From a virus (lineage: Duplodnaviria > Caudoviricetes): 39,990 bases of DNA. Location: IMG/VR virus record IMGVR_UViG_3300032225_000555, positions 1 through 39,990 of that record; one strand, 5' to 3'. Shown here one piece after another: positions 26,644 to 35,605 of this stretch. A program made the translations under genes and the position numbers. Position 1 is the stretch's first letter; the number at the start of each line of letters is the position of its first letter. The notes under the pieces are model-generated. The model saw nothing but the letters and a program-made list of their open reading frames with translations, made no database searches and was not told where the DNA came from.

Positions 26644-27464
26644 TTCTCGACCTCCTCAGGAAGTTCGTTCGACTTGCTGATGATTAGTTCCTTGAGGGTT
26701 ACGTTGTCCCCGAGAGAGTTCACGAACGGCTCGTCTAGTGAGGCAGAGTTGTCGTTCCAAATCTTACGGAGTTCGGTTTTGCTCTTGGCGTCAGCAATCT
26801 TCTTGACCAGTTTGATTCGGGACTTCGGATCGATAACTGCCGATTCGACTGGAGCTTGAACGGCTGGAGTTTCTGGAGCAACTGGAGCGACTTTCACGTC
26901 AGCCTGGTCCATTTCTTCCGAGGTGTAGATACCTGACAAGTCGTTCGGAAACGCTTTACGGATTGCTAGAGCCTCGGCGACCTTCGCCAACATCACGTCA
27001 GGCATCTTGCTCCAAAGACCAGATGGACGACCATCCTTGCCTAGAGGACAATAGCTCGTAATCGTTGCGACGGCGTAGAGAGGTTCGGCGAAACCAATAC
27101 GATAGATGCCGACTTTAGCCGCTCGAGGCAGTTCGCTCAATAGCCATACGTCTTTCCACACTCCATCCTCTCCACACCAGAGAGGTTGAGTCTGTCCAGC
27201 GTATTCTCCTGAACGTTGAGCGATGATACGAAGTCCGTCGATTGAACTTTGGATTGTGTAGCGATTCGACCCGGAGCGAGAGTCCCAACGTCCAATCATG
27301 TAAATCTGACGGCTGAAAGGATCTAGTCCGGTCTTCTGTGCGTAGTGAAGGAACAGAGCGAGGTCCCCAGAGGGAGCGTCGCTTAGTCCGATTTGTTTTA
27401 GAGCCGCCAACTGAGTGGCGTCCCATTGTGTTTGGTCTTGCTGAACTGCTAGTACTGTACTCAT
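26640..27464 (-). CDS. bet: Phage recombination protein Bet (RecT/Bet ssDNA-annealing family)
   Basis: TGLDPFSRQIY, IDGLRIIAQRSG, WSKMPDVMLAKVAEALAIRKAFP. Confidence 0.92.
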   Translation of the reverse strand: MSTVLAVQQDQTQWDATQLAALKQIGLSDAPSGDLALFLHYAQKTGLDPFSRQIYMIGRWDSRSGSNRYTIQSSIDGLRIIAQRSGEYAGQTQPLWCGEDGVWKDVWLLSELPRAAKVGIYRIGFAEPLYAVATITSYCPLGKDGRPSGLWSKMPDVMLAKVAEALAIRKAFPNDLSGIYTSEEMDQADVKVAPVAPETPAVQAPVESAVIDPKSRIKLVKKIADAKSKTELRKIWNDNSASLDEPFVNSLGDNVTLKELIISKSNELPEEVEK

Positions 27465-27473
27465 TTATTTCTC

Positions 27474-27800
27474 CTATTTCTCATTGGTGTCGGTAGTTGA
27501 ATCGTAGAACGAGCCACCGACATTGGTTATCTCGTCTAAGTCCATTTGGACGTTTATCCCGAAAGCGATGTCTAGTCCGATAGCGTCAGCCATGAAACAG
27601 ACTTTATTTCCTCTTGGATAAGATCCGATTAGAAGGACTTGATTGCCGAGCTTGATTGACTGCTCGGTTGAAACGGCAAGTTTGTCCCGGGTGAAGACCA
27701 CGATTGGTTTGCCGTCCCCTAGTCGAACTCCTATCAGAGTCGAGTTCGTTAGGACTAGAGGAGGGTTGGTGACGATGCCTCTTAGAGCCAGAGTTCTCAT
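27474..27800 (-). CDS. Degenerate SsbB-like OB-fold protein
   Basis: LRGIVTNPP...RDKLA...SIKLGNQVLLIG...ADAIGLDIAFG resembles actinobacterial SsbB. Confidence 0.5.
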   Translation of the reverse strand: MRTLALRGIVTNPPLVLTNSTLIGVRLGDGKPIVVFTRDKLAVSTEQSIKLGNQVLLIGSYPRGNKVCFMADAIGLDIAFGINVQMDLDEITNVGGSFYDSTTDTNEK

Positions 27801-28123
27801 TTGACTGCCTCGTATCTTTCTGCCAAGTCGTCTTCTGGAGGATCGCTCTTGAACATTTCTCGTTTAGGGACGGAGTTCTGAGTGAAATAGACATCGACCT
27901 TTTGTCTCAAGTTGTATAGACCTTGAGGCTCTTCAATCAAGTCTGCGTTGTAGAGCTCGAGGAGAGCGTCCGAGATGTATGCCGTATCGTATCCGTAACG
28001 TAGAGGAGTCGATAATGCGATACGTCCGTTGACCCAGATTCGATTAGAGAAGTAGGAGTTGCCTCCAGACTTGTCAAACCAAGATCGGCTCTCGATGAAG
28101 ATTGAACGAATTGGCTCTTTCAT
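27797..28123 (-). CDS. Hypothetical early protein
   Basis: 108 aa, WFDKSGGNSYFS...YGY. Confidence 0.7.
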   Translation of the reverse strand: MKEPIRSIFIESRSWFDKSGGNSYFSNRIWVNGRIALSTPLRYGYDTAYISDALLELYNADLIEEPQGLYNLRQKVDVYFTQNSVPKREMFKSDPPEDDLAERYEAVK

Positions 28124-28296
28124 TTCCTGCCTCCTCCGACTAGATAGTTGATGAACAGAAGGAAGAAGAAGGCGAAGATGATGAATAGGATTTCGCCGCT
28201 AAATGGAATCGTCGACAACCAAGCGTTGAGCAGTCCCGGAAGAGCGATGAACAGATAGAACGCTAGGACGTAGAAGACGTTTTTGACTATCTTCAT
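28120..28296 (-). CDS. Small two-TM membrane protein
   Basis: Start re-called at ATG 28296; two hydrophobic stretches. Confidence 0.65.
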   Translation of the reverse strand: MKIVKNVFYVLAFYLFIALPGLLNAWLSTIPFSGEILFIIFAFFFLLFINYLVGGGRK

Positions 28297-28493
28297 TTCT
28301 TGTCCTCCTCGACTGCCTCGATAAAACGTGTTCGGTCGAACTGGTCGTTGGTCTCTTCGAGCCATCTAAGCGTGTTGAAGAAGAGCGAGTCCCAACAATC
28401 TTGAGCGACTGGAGAGTCGAGCTCGAGGAGTCGAGAGCGATGTCCGTTTAGGATCTTGGCTAGACGAACGAAGTCTTTACGAGTCAAACTCAT
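28293..28493 (-). CDS. Hypothetical early protein
   Basis: MSLTRKDFVRLA...FDRTRFIEA; start 28493. Confidence 0.7.
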   Translation of the reverse strand: MSLTRKDFVRLAKILNGHRSRLLELDSPVAQDCWDSLFFNTLRWLEETNDQFDRTRFIEAVEEDKK

Positions 28494-28669
28494 TGGACGC
28501 TCCCTTTGATTAGTAGAGCAGGACGCCACTTGTCTTCAACCCGGGAGTTGACGCTGATGTGTTCGATAATCCATTCCCAAGCGGCCGACTTGCTGTCGAA
28601 CTCGAGGACTGTTCCGTCCAACGTTGCTACTCCGTCACGGAACGATGCGACATAGACCGATTGGCTCAT
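28490..28669 (-). CDS. Hypothetical protein (59 aa, not in ORF track)
   Basis: MSQSVYVASFRDG...; ATGA-coupled on both sides, GGAGG RBS. Confidence 0.6.
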   Translation of the reverse strand: MSQSVYVASFRDGVATLDGTVLEFDSKSAAWEWIIEHISVNSRVEDKWRPALLIKGSVQ

Positions 28670-28851
28670 GAGTTTGCCTCCTCAACGATGCCAAGCTCGA
28701 GAGCGTGAGCCATCGCTTTGTCTAGAGAGTAGAAGGTGTCTGGCAGATACGAGTTGTTGAAACGTATTTTGTAGACTGTACGAGAATCGTTGTAACGGAT
28801 CTCTAGCGTCCAACCTCTATTTCCGAGAGGTCGAGTCTGAGTGATTGTCAT
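28666..28851 (-). CDS. Hypothetical early protein
   Basis: Start 28851 (MTITQTRP) with AAGGAGG RBS. Confidence 0.65.
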   Translation of the reverse strand: MTITQTRPLGNRGWTLEIRYNDSRTVYKIRFNNSYLPDTFYSLDKAMAHALELGIVEEANS

Positions 28852-29147
28852 TCTGCGTCCTCCTTTGAGCAGTAGCCACAAACGTCTGTCGGTGGCTCAA
28901 CTTCCATTAGACCTGCCTCGAGGATTTCGTCAATCCTCTTCCAGATTGCGATAGTCCTCTTGATAGATTGCTCTTGCTCTTCGACTTGGACGACGATTTC
29001 GTGGTCGAGGTTCGACTTGAAGACGTGACCTTCTGGAGCGACGAGGACGCAACCTCGTCCAGTTACCGAGGTCGAATCTATCCAGACTTTCATGTCTACG
29101 AGTTTCGTCATTGACGAAGTGATTGTTGCGTGTGCTTGTATCGACAT
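28848..29147 (-). CDS. Hypothetical early protein
   Basis: Start 29147 preceded by GAGAAATAGGGAG. Confidence 0.7.
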   Translation of the reverse strand: MSIQAHATITSSMTKLVDMKVWIDSTSVTGRGCVLVAPEGHVFKSNLDHEIVVQVEEQEQSIKRTIAIWKRIDEILEAGLMEVEPPTDVCGYCSKEDAE

Positions 29148-29167
29148 TTGCTTTCTCCCTATTTCTC

Positions 29168-29569
29168 TTAGAAGTTGTTTAGTTGAGTTGCGATTGAGCA
29201 CCAGACCTGACGTTCACGCAACTCCATCTCGACGTTGACATTGCTAGTCGAGTTCGGAAATGAGTCACGACAAACGACACCAGTTACGGTGGTGGTGATG
29301 TGAGCGAGAATTGCTTTGGCGTCGTCCTGCCAAGTAGTAGTTAGGTTCTCGGCGATGCTGAGAAGATTGCCGTAGACCTTGATTTGAGCGTTGGCGACAA
29401 TCAAGTCGTCAATGCTGAACGAATCGGTAAGCTTGTACGACTGGATGTTCTCAATCGCTTTAGCCTTCTTCCTTTCGGCCGCCTCGTAGCCAGCAGTCCA
29501 GACTTGAACGTAAACGTCTAGTCGTTGCTCTGGAGTTACTTCGTTAGTGGTTGCTGTGTAAGTTGTCAT
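29168..29569 (-). CDS. Hypothetical early protein (first gene of first early unit)
   Basis: 133 aa preceded by GAGAAATAGGGAAGG. Confidence 0.75.
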   Translation of the reverse strand: MTTYTATTNEVTPEQRLDVYVQVWTAGYEAAERKKAKAIENIQSYKLTDSFSIDDLIVANAQIKVYGNLLSIAENLTTTWQDDAKAILAHITTTVTGVVCRDSFPNSTSNVNVEMELRERQVWCSIATQLNNF

Positions 29570-29579
29570 TTCTGACCTT

Positions 29580-29614
29580 CCCTATTTCTCTCGGAGATCC
29601 GCCATTCGAATCTC
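29580..29614 (-). promoter_or_regulatory. Conserved leader: 8-bp hairpin with AAUGG loop followed by GAGAAAUAGGG start motif
   Basis: Paralogue of 22530-22563. Confidence 0.7.
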
Positions 29615-29625
29615 TCTGTAACTCA

Positions 29626-29655
29626 ATTATTGACAACATCCAACCCGGAAGTCAA
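29626..29655 (-). promoter_or_regulatory. Early sigma-70-type promoter P1
   Basis: TTGACT-N18-AATAAT. Confidence 0.7.
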
Positions 29656-30078
29656 GGATTTGACCAAACTATTTCTCTGGCGAGTCGCAAGCCTAAAACC
29701 CTTATGTTTACAGGGCAATCAGCAGGAGGGAGGAGGGAGCAGGGAGAACGACCTGTCACGGATCGCTCTCCTCCAGCCGATTCCAGCAGTCAGGTTTCGG
29801 GATTGGTCGAACGAGCTCCAGCCACTACGGAGGGAGCAGTTGCGTCATACTTTGTCGAGGTCCTAACGGCTGAGGACGGAGGGCAACTCGGATCTTCGTC
29901 ACCTCGACAAAACTTGTTACTCTCGGTGGAACGTAACTTGTTTCACCCGAGGCTCGTCTTCCCGGGTACGCCAAATCGGCAGCCTCTAACGCTCGATGAC
30001 GTGGTGGATTAGACCGACGTTGTCCGGGTGACCGAACGAAGTCAATCCTCCGTCGAGAGTTGAAGCCGTCCAAGCGAC

Positions 30079-30135
30079 TTATCCACGCTTTCTGGATAGT
30101 TCGGTGGATAACTCTGTGGAAAAGATTGTGGATAA
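30079..30135. other. DnaA-box array, candidate replication origin
   Basis: Five TTATCCACA-like 9-mers starting at 30079, 30091, 30103, 30115 and 30127 (last one perfect). Confidence 0.65.
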
Positions 30136-30250
30136 CTTTCGGCCGCCGAAACTAGAGTTCACAACTCCCTATAAGATAGGTCAAATCGGGCAGAGGATGA
30201 ACGTAGACGGCACAACAGACTCAAGTTGAGTCAGAGTTCAACCTCTTTTA

Positions 30251-30409
30251 TTAACGTCCTAGAAGAGCGTTGACTTCTTCCTCGGTCAACCCGAGAGCCG
30301 TTAACTTTTCCAGAGCAGATTTGCGAGCAAGCTCGGCAGAAGTTGGTTCAGGATCGGCAACCTCGTATTGCTCGATAATCTCTCCGTCTTTCCAGATTGT
30401 TACTTTCAT
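30251..30409 (-). CDS. Small tail-fibre-associated protein (52 aa, not in ORF track)
   Basis: MKVTIWKDG...SALEKLTALGLTEEEVNALLGR; TAATG-coupled to the fibre gene. Confidence 0.7.
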   Translation of the reverse strand: MKVTIWKDGEIIEQYEVADPEPTSAELARKSALEKLTALGLTEEEVNALLGR

Positions 30410-31236
30410 TAGAATCCTAAAACTACTTGATGGACCGAACCGGCTTGAGTCGTTTTTGTTGCTGTAAAAGTTGAAGGCAACGCTCCGGTAACTCCTGTTT
30501 GGAGGTAAGCAATACTAGGAGAGTTATTTCCTCCGGCGATTGTGACCGCCGGAATAGGAGAGTCGCCGGATAAACCTGAAGTAACGCAAAGAGTAGTCGG
30601 AGCTGAAGTTGCTTGGCGAACACTAACCAACCAATAAAGTCCAGCAGTCAAAGATAAAGAAACGACATTGAAGTTCCAACCTGTCGCTCCGAAAGTGGTC
30701 GAGGTTTCGACAAAAGAATCCGATCCGCTAACCAAAGTATTCGGGTAATCGTCAGTTGACGAATTGGTGTAAAGTCCAGTTCTGATTCCCATAGATGTCG
30801 CTCCGGCTAGAGTGTTCACATAAATTCCAATACTTGTTGCCGTCGCTGAGGCAGGAATATAAATCGGAGTTGCGTACATCGTGTTATTAGACGGCAAGGT
30901 ACTCGAAGTCAGAGTTGCTGGAACAATCGTTCCGTAAGCGTAACCAGTCTTTATGTAACGAGGACCGAAGGGAGAACCTCCTCCAGACGAAACCAGACTT
31001 GTCACGGCTCCAAGTGAGTTGACGTATTTAGGCGTATTGCTAGTTGTGTTGAGCCAAATATCGCCAGTTCTTGGATTGGACGGATCTCCCGAGGCAAGTC
31101 CAGTAATCGTTGGTTGAGTCGTAAGGACCGGAGTGTTCGGCATCGTGAAACGTTGAGCGTTTTCGAGCTTACACAGACGAGAGTCAAGATCCGAAAAGAT
31201 GACTTGAAGATTAGGAGGCAGATTGACGAAACCCAT
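30409..31236 (-). CDS. Minor tail / receptor-binding protein
   Basis: DPSNPRTGDIWLNT linker; Thr/Ser-rich beta C-terminal domain; last large tail gene. Confidence 0.65.
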   Translation of the reverse strand: MGFVNLPPNLQVIFSDLDSRLCKLENAQRFTMPNTPVLTTQPTITGLASGDPSNPRTGDIWLNTTSNTPKYVNSLGAVTSLVSSGGGSPFGPRYIKTGYAYGTIVPATLTSSTLPSNNTMYATPIYIPASATATSIGIYVNTLAGATSMGIRTGLYTNSSTDDYPNTLVSGSDSFVETSTTFGATGWNFNVVSLSLTAGLYWLVSVRQATSAPTTLCVTSGLSGDSPIPAVTIAGGNNSPSIAYLQTGVTGALPSTFTATKTTQAGSVHQVVLGF

Positions 31237-31243
31237 AATCGAC

Positions 31244-32332
31244 CTAACTTGTTGGAAGAGTCAACGTCACAGTCACACGCTCCGGTCCTGTTTCACCCGG
31301 AGTGACGCTCAACGCGGCTATGCGATAAATCGTGTCTATGCCGTCAGGGAATCGGTCGTCCCTAATACGAACTCTAGCATCATCACCAATAACGTAAGAT
31401 CCTAAAACTGGACTAATGGACGGATTAGCAACGAGCTTGATTGTAGTCGGAGGATACGACACGGCGGCCACTCGTCCCGAGGCTAAACCTTGAATCAGGG
31501 TTGCGTCGATAATGTCCGAGAACGAAACGGAGTCCTCGAGGAGCGGCCACCCGGACGAAAGTTTTGTCGCATCGCTCGCATTGTAAATCAACTTGCCTTC
31601 GTTGGACCCGGCTCCAGTTGCGTAAATCTTATTGGCTACTAGACTTCCATCTTCTGGATACTCGTATTCGATTACGTTTCCAGCAGGGAACTCGAAGACT
31701 GGAGCAGTCGTAGAGGTCGCCGAGTATGCCGTTCCAAGTCTTGGATAGCCAAGAGCCAGCGTCTTAGTGATGTTGTTATCGGAATCGTAAGCACAACGAA
31801 TAGCGAAATCGAATCCAGTATTCGAACGGCTCAAGTCCAGCAGAGCTTGATACACGGTTTTCTGTTCGTAGCCGTAGAAGAGTCGAGTGACGTTCACGCC
31901 AGACGTTTCGGATCCTGTGAGGACTCCAATGTTGCCATTGGCTACGGCTTGAGCCGAGGTGACTAGACCTCTCGCAACGGATAGTTGGTCGGTGTTAAAA
32001 TAGGTTTGATTGGTAGCAATCCTACGGCGTTCAAAATAGGACTCAAACTCTCGAGCCGAAATAGTTAGACGTTGGTCTTTGGAGTTGTAGGACCTGAACC
32101 AGAGGATACCTCCCCAAACGATAACTCCATCTCGGTCTACGTAGACTGCCGTTTTCCCCGGGATAGTAGAGAAGGTCACGTTCATCGAGGCAGGAACGCC
32201 AGACAACAGAATCGATCCGTTGAGCGTACCAGCCGAGTTTAGAGCCTGAGTGAAGTTGACTCCAGTTATTTGTAGTTCGGCGTTGATTGCGTTCGTAATC
32301 AAATCGGCGAAAAAGTAGCGATAAGTCGCCAT
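31244..32332 (-). CDS. Minor tail protein (baseplate hub-like)
   Basis: 362 aa; VWGGILW, GFDF, YVIGDDARV motifs of actinophage hub proteins. Confidence 0.7.
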   Translation of the reverse strand: MATYRYFFADLITNAINAELQITGVNFTQALNSAGTLNGSILLSGVPASMNVTFSTIPGKTAVYVDRDGVIVWGGILWFRSYNSKDQRLTISAREFESYFERRRIATNQTYFNTDQLSVARGLVTSAQAVANGNIGVLTGSETSGVNVTRLFYGYEQKTVYQALLDLSRSNTGFDFAIRCAYDSDNNITKTLALGYPRLGTAYSATSTTAPVFEFPAGNVIEYEYPEDGSLVANKIYATGAGSNEGKLIYNASDATKLSSGWPLLEDSVSFSDIIDATLIQGLASGRVAAVSYPPTTIKLVANPSISPVLGSYVIGDDARVRIRDDRFPDGIDTIYRIAALSVTPGETGPERVTVTLTLPTS

Positions 32333-32334
32333 GA

Positions 32335-32622
32335 TTATTTCTTGTCTTTGGCTTGGTCTTCTACTGAATCGGCGGCCTTCTTGAAAGCTCGTTGAAGGTC
32401 GTCAATAATGATACGCATCTTGCCAATCATGGTTTTACCGAGCTCGCTGAATACGAGGAGCATCGCTCCACCGAACATAGTTAGAACTCCCATAAAGGCG
32501 TTCGACCCGGGGACGATTGAGCCGACACCTGCTCCAACTCCGACTACGATAAAGAACAGTCCGAGAGAGAACCAAAGAAACCAAGCGACAAGTTTTACGA
32601 TTAGTTTAATACGCTCTTTCAT
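32335..32622 (-). CDS. Putative holin
   Basis: Two TM helices, charged C-terminus, ATGA-coupled to the endolysin. Confidence 0.6.
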   Translation of the reverse strand: MKERIKLIVKLVAWFLWFSLGLFFIVVGVGAGVGSIVPGSNAFMGVLTMFGGAMLLVFSELGKTMIGKMRIIIDDLQRAFKKAADSVEDQAKDKK

Positions 32623-33089
32623 TTCGCACCTTTGTTTTCAAGTATGTGTTTCAACGGATCTATCAACTGCTCGTATTCGACTAGGTGGACGTTGACTCCA
32701 GAATAGTTGGCTCCCATTTTGCCGATAGAAAGATGAAGATGCGAGCCAATACTTGCGGTCCCGGAAGGCGTGTTCTTGCCACCACCAGTTAGACCGATTA
32801 CAGTTTTGCCACCCTCGACCTTATCGCCTTTGACCAAAGTAGGTTTCTCGGCTAGGTGAGCGTAAAGAATCCATTTTTCGTCGTGGCTCGAGTGAACGAG
32901 AATCCAACCGAGGACGTCAGTCCACGCAACAAGTCCAACAGTTCCAGTCGTGATGGCTTTGATTGTACTCTTCTCTTTCGGGTGCCAATCCATTCCACGA
33001 TGTGGACGACCATTACGGTACGGAGCTAGATTGCCGAACTCGTCGCCTCGACTCTTGGCTGGAAACGGCTCAAAATAACCGACACTCAT
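32619..33089 (-). CDS. M23-family peptidase endolysin
   Basis: HRGMD, YAHL, HLH zinc motifs. Confidence 0.88.
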   Translation of the reverse strand: MSVGYFEPFPAKSRGDEFGNLAPYRNGRPHRGMDWHPKEKSTIKAITTGTVGLVAWTDVLGWILVHSSHDEKWILYAHLAEKPTLVKGDKVEGGKTVIGLTGGGKNTPSGTASIGSHLHLSIGKMGANYSGVNVHLVEYEQLIDPLKHILENKGAK

Positions 33090-33311
33090 TTATGCTCCTA
33101 AGTTCTTGACAATAAAATAAACAAACGCTGAACTGAGTCCAGCAGTTAGAACGCTAATCAACCACGCTGATTGGTATCGAGCCTTCTCTAAGGATCGTAT
33201 ACGTTCCTCATGGTCAGCAACGATGTTGAGTTTCGCTTTGACCTCAGCGATGTCTTCAACAAGTCGAAGAAGTAACGCTTGATTGCTTGGAGGTTTTAGG
33301 TCGTCACTCAT
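33090..33311 (-). CDS. Small coiled-coil + C-terminal TM protein (lysis cassette)
   Basis: DHEERIRSLE followed by a TM helix; start 33311. Confidence 0.65.
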   Translation of the reverse strand: MSDDLKPPSNQALLLRLVEDIAEVKAKLNIVADHEERIRSLEKARYQSAWLISVLTAGLSSAFVYFIVKNLGA

Positions 33312-34744
33312 TACGCCCAAGCTCCGATAGTAGTTACAGTTGAGTTACCGATTGGAGTCAACTTACAGTAAGCACCCGGGTTGACACCAAAAGCCGAGGC
33401 GTTCGTGTTGGTTGCGTAAACTTGAGGAGTCAAAGTCAAGGCAGTCGAAGTTCTAACGACTCCCTTTACGAAGTAGTTGATTGTTTGCGAGGCCGCCGTA
33501 GTTGAAGTATAGATAGTCGCTTGTAGACCTGCTCCAGACAAAATCTTTGAAACAGTAGTTCCAGCATCGACTCCTCCATACGCTACGACATAGGCTGAAC
33601 CTAACGATCCTCCAGAGGCGGCTAAAGCTATTTGGAAAGAAATAGAAGTCGCTGTCGTGGTAGCCGTCAGTTGTCCAGCCATTTCGATTTCGTAAGTCGT
33701 GGATGCGGGAAGAGCGACACCAACTCCAAGAAGTGATTGAGCAGACGTTGAGGCTGGAGTCAAAGTTCTTGAATTGTAAAGAGTGTAAAAGTGAGGAGTT
33801 GGCAGTAACGCACGACCTCCGTTAGTGGTGTTGGTCGCAGAAACGTTAGGAGTCAAATAAGCCACGTTGCCGTCATACTCGATTGCTCCACCAACGGAAG
33901 TAGTTAAGTTAGTTCCAGACGTGAGCTTGATAGCAGCGGCGGCCGTAGTTCCAGCACCAACTTGAATTGGTCCACCAAAAAGAGCTTTAACCGAATCCAA
34001 TGTCAACTTGTCAGTTCTGACTCCACCTGTCCAAGTTCCAACGCTCCAAGCGTCAGTTGCGTAGTTGTAATAAAGATTACCTCGAACAGTTGAGCCGTTT
34101 ATGTAGTCAATGTAAGATCCGCCAGAAGATGTTCCAGCAGTCGAGGTCAAAGCAACACCAGAGTTAGCGGCCGAAGTTGTTAGTTGATACGCACCGCTAC
34201 CGTTGATGGTCAAGTTACCTGAAAGAGTTCCACCAGTCGACGAAAGAACAGGCAAGTTGGTCGTGGTCAGGACTCGAGTGTCGGTGATGTTACCCGAAAC
34301 AATTGAAGTGACGGCCGCTCCAACAGCGATAGTTGCCAAAGAAATCGAGTTGGACGGAGTTGCTGGAGCAGAAGGAGAGGCGGCTGGCGTTCCAGCGACG
34401 ACAGTAAAAGTTACGTTATTAGTTGAGCCAGAATAAGCAGCGTCGTTCACGGTGACGACAACTCGGTCAATTCTTGGCAAGCTCGCATCAGCAGTAGTGA
34501 TAGTCAAAATAGTTGTTGCGTCGTTGTAAGCGACGTAAGTTCCAGCGTTAGCCGTAGATGAAACTATGGCCGCCCAACCTGACGCCGAGTTGACAGTCAT
34601 GTTTGGAACGGCTTGAGCAGTAATCGCAAGAGAAGTCGAGTTGATGATACCAGTCGTGTTGTAGATTGCCTTCGTGGTCAATCGGTCGTTCTCGGCAGGG
34701 TGAGATCCGTTTTGTAACCAACTTGGAGGAGTTCTTAAAGCCAT
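33311..34744 (-). CDS. Minor tail protein / tail fibre
   Basis: PNMTV, PRIDRVV, ITDTR baseplate-anchor motifs followed by Thr/Gly-rich fibre sequence. Confidence 0.75.
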   Translation of the reverse strand: MALRTPPSWLQNGSHPAENDRLTTKAIYNTTGIINSTSLAITAQAVPNMTVNSASGWAAIVSSTANAGTYVAYNDATTILTITTADASLPRIDRVVVTVNDAAYSGSTNNVTFTVVAGTPAASPSAPATPSNSISLATIAVGAAVTSIVSGNITDTRVLTTTNLPVLSSTGGTLSGNLTINGSGAYQLTTSAANSGVALTSTAGTSSGGSYIDYINGSTVRGNLYYNYATDAWSVGTWTGGVRTDKLTLDSVKALFGGPIQVGAGTTAAAAIKLTSGTNLTTSVGGAIEYDGNVAYLTPNVSATNTTNGGRALLPTPHFYTLYNSRTLTPASTSAQSLLGVGVALPASTTYEIEMAGQLTATTTATSISFQIALAASGGSLGSAYVVAYGGVDAGTTVSKILSGAGLQATIYTSTTAASQTINYFVKGVVRTSTALTLTPQVYATNTNASAFGVNPGAYCKLTPIGNSTVTTIGAWA

Positions 34745-34753
34745 GAATATTCC

Positions 34754-35605
34754 TTAGATGTAGGCTGGACTATAACTTATTGTAGCAAGCGTGGACGCTG
34801 AAACTCCAGATGAGAAAGACAAGACCAACTGGCTTGAACCAACTGGACAAGTGAAAAAGTTAGATCCGGCAAGCACCAAGTTACGAACGGCAGTTCCGTT
34901 CAATGTAACCAGTTTTTGATTGAGGTCAATAACAATCGTGTCGAGAGCAGTCATCGTATAGTTGACGCCAACATAGTTTGTTGAGCCAGCCAAAGAAATC
35001 AAAGGGTTAGATCCCGGTCCAACAATCGAAATAATAGGGGACGTATAAATCGTTCCAGTATTGTTGATGGTTGTCGAGTTGTTGTTTCCTCCTCCGAAAG
35101 ACAATGGATAAACTCGGTCGTATGTGCGACCTTGAACGCTGGTCGGAGGAGTGATGGTGGCGAAAGTTGTCGTGTTGTCGTAGTAGCGAGGATCCGGACA
35201 GAACATTACGACTTGCGTTTTGATGTAGCCGTAAGTGTACTCCGGGTCAACTTTAGTTTTGACTTGACGGACTCGAGCTTGGATAGTCTTCTCGGTATCG
35301 CTAGGTGAGAGCTTGAACGCTAGAGCAGTCGTCCCTGTGGACTGAGGTTGAATAGCCGCCTGAAATAAGTTGTAGTTCGCCGAGGCTGAAAGTCCGTTAC
35401 CAGCGAAGATGTTGACGGAGAAAGTTATTGTTCGTCCGTTATAGAAATCTCGACCTGAGTAAGATCCGTCATTGTAGCCTCGGTTATCGTCTTGGACTCG
35501 GAGCTCGGGGACTCCCTCGAGTCCGTCAATCTCTAAGACTGGAAACGGCGTACCTGCTCCGAAAGTGAAAGAGCCAAACGTAAAGGAGTAATCTGCTAGA
35601 GCCAT
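34754..35605 (-). CDS. Distal tail (Dit-like) protein
   Basis: Immediately after the tape measure; GRTITF, CPDPRYY motifs. Confidence 0.75.
   Translation of the reverse strand: MALADYSFTFGSFTFGAGTPFPVLEIDGLEGVPELRVQDDNRGYNDGSYSGRDFYNGRTITFSVNIFAGNGLSASANYNLFQAAIQPQSTGTTALAFKLSPSDTEKTIQARVRQVKTKVDPEYTYGYIKTQVVMFCPDPRYYDNTTTFATITPPTSVQGRTYDRVYPLSFGGGNNNSTTINNTGTIYTSPIISIVGPGSNPLISLAGSTNYVGVNYTMTALDTIVIDLNQKLVTLNGTAVRNLVLAGSNFFTCPVGSSQLVLSFSSGVSASTLATISYSPAYI

Noticed and set aside
29825-30073. 82-aa minus-strand ORF as a replication initiator
   Set aside because: TTG start without a clear RBS, Arg/Pro-rich composition and no motifs; the region is better explained as structured non-coding DNA/RNA
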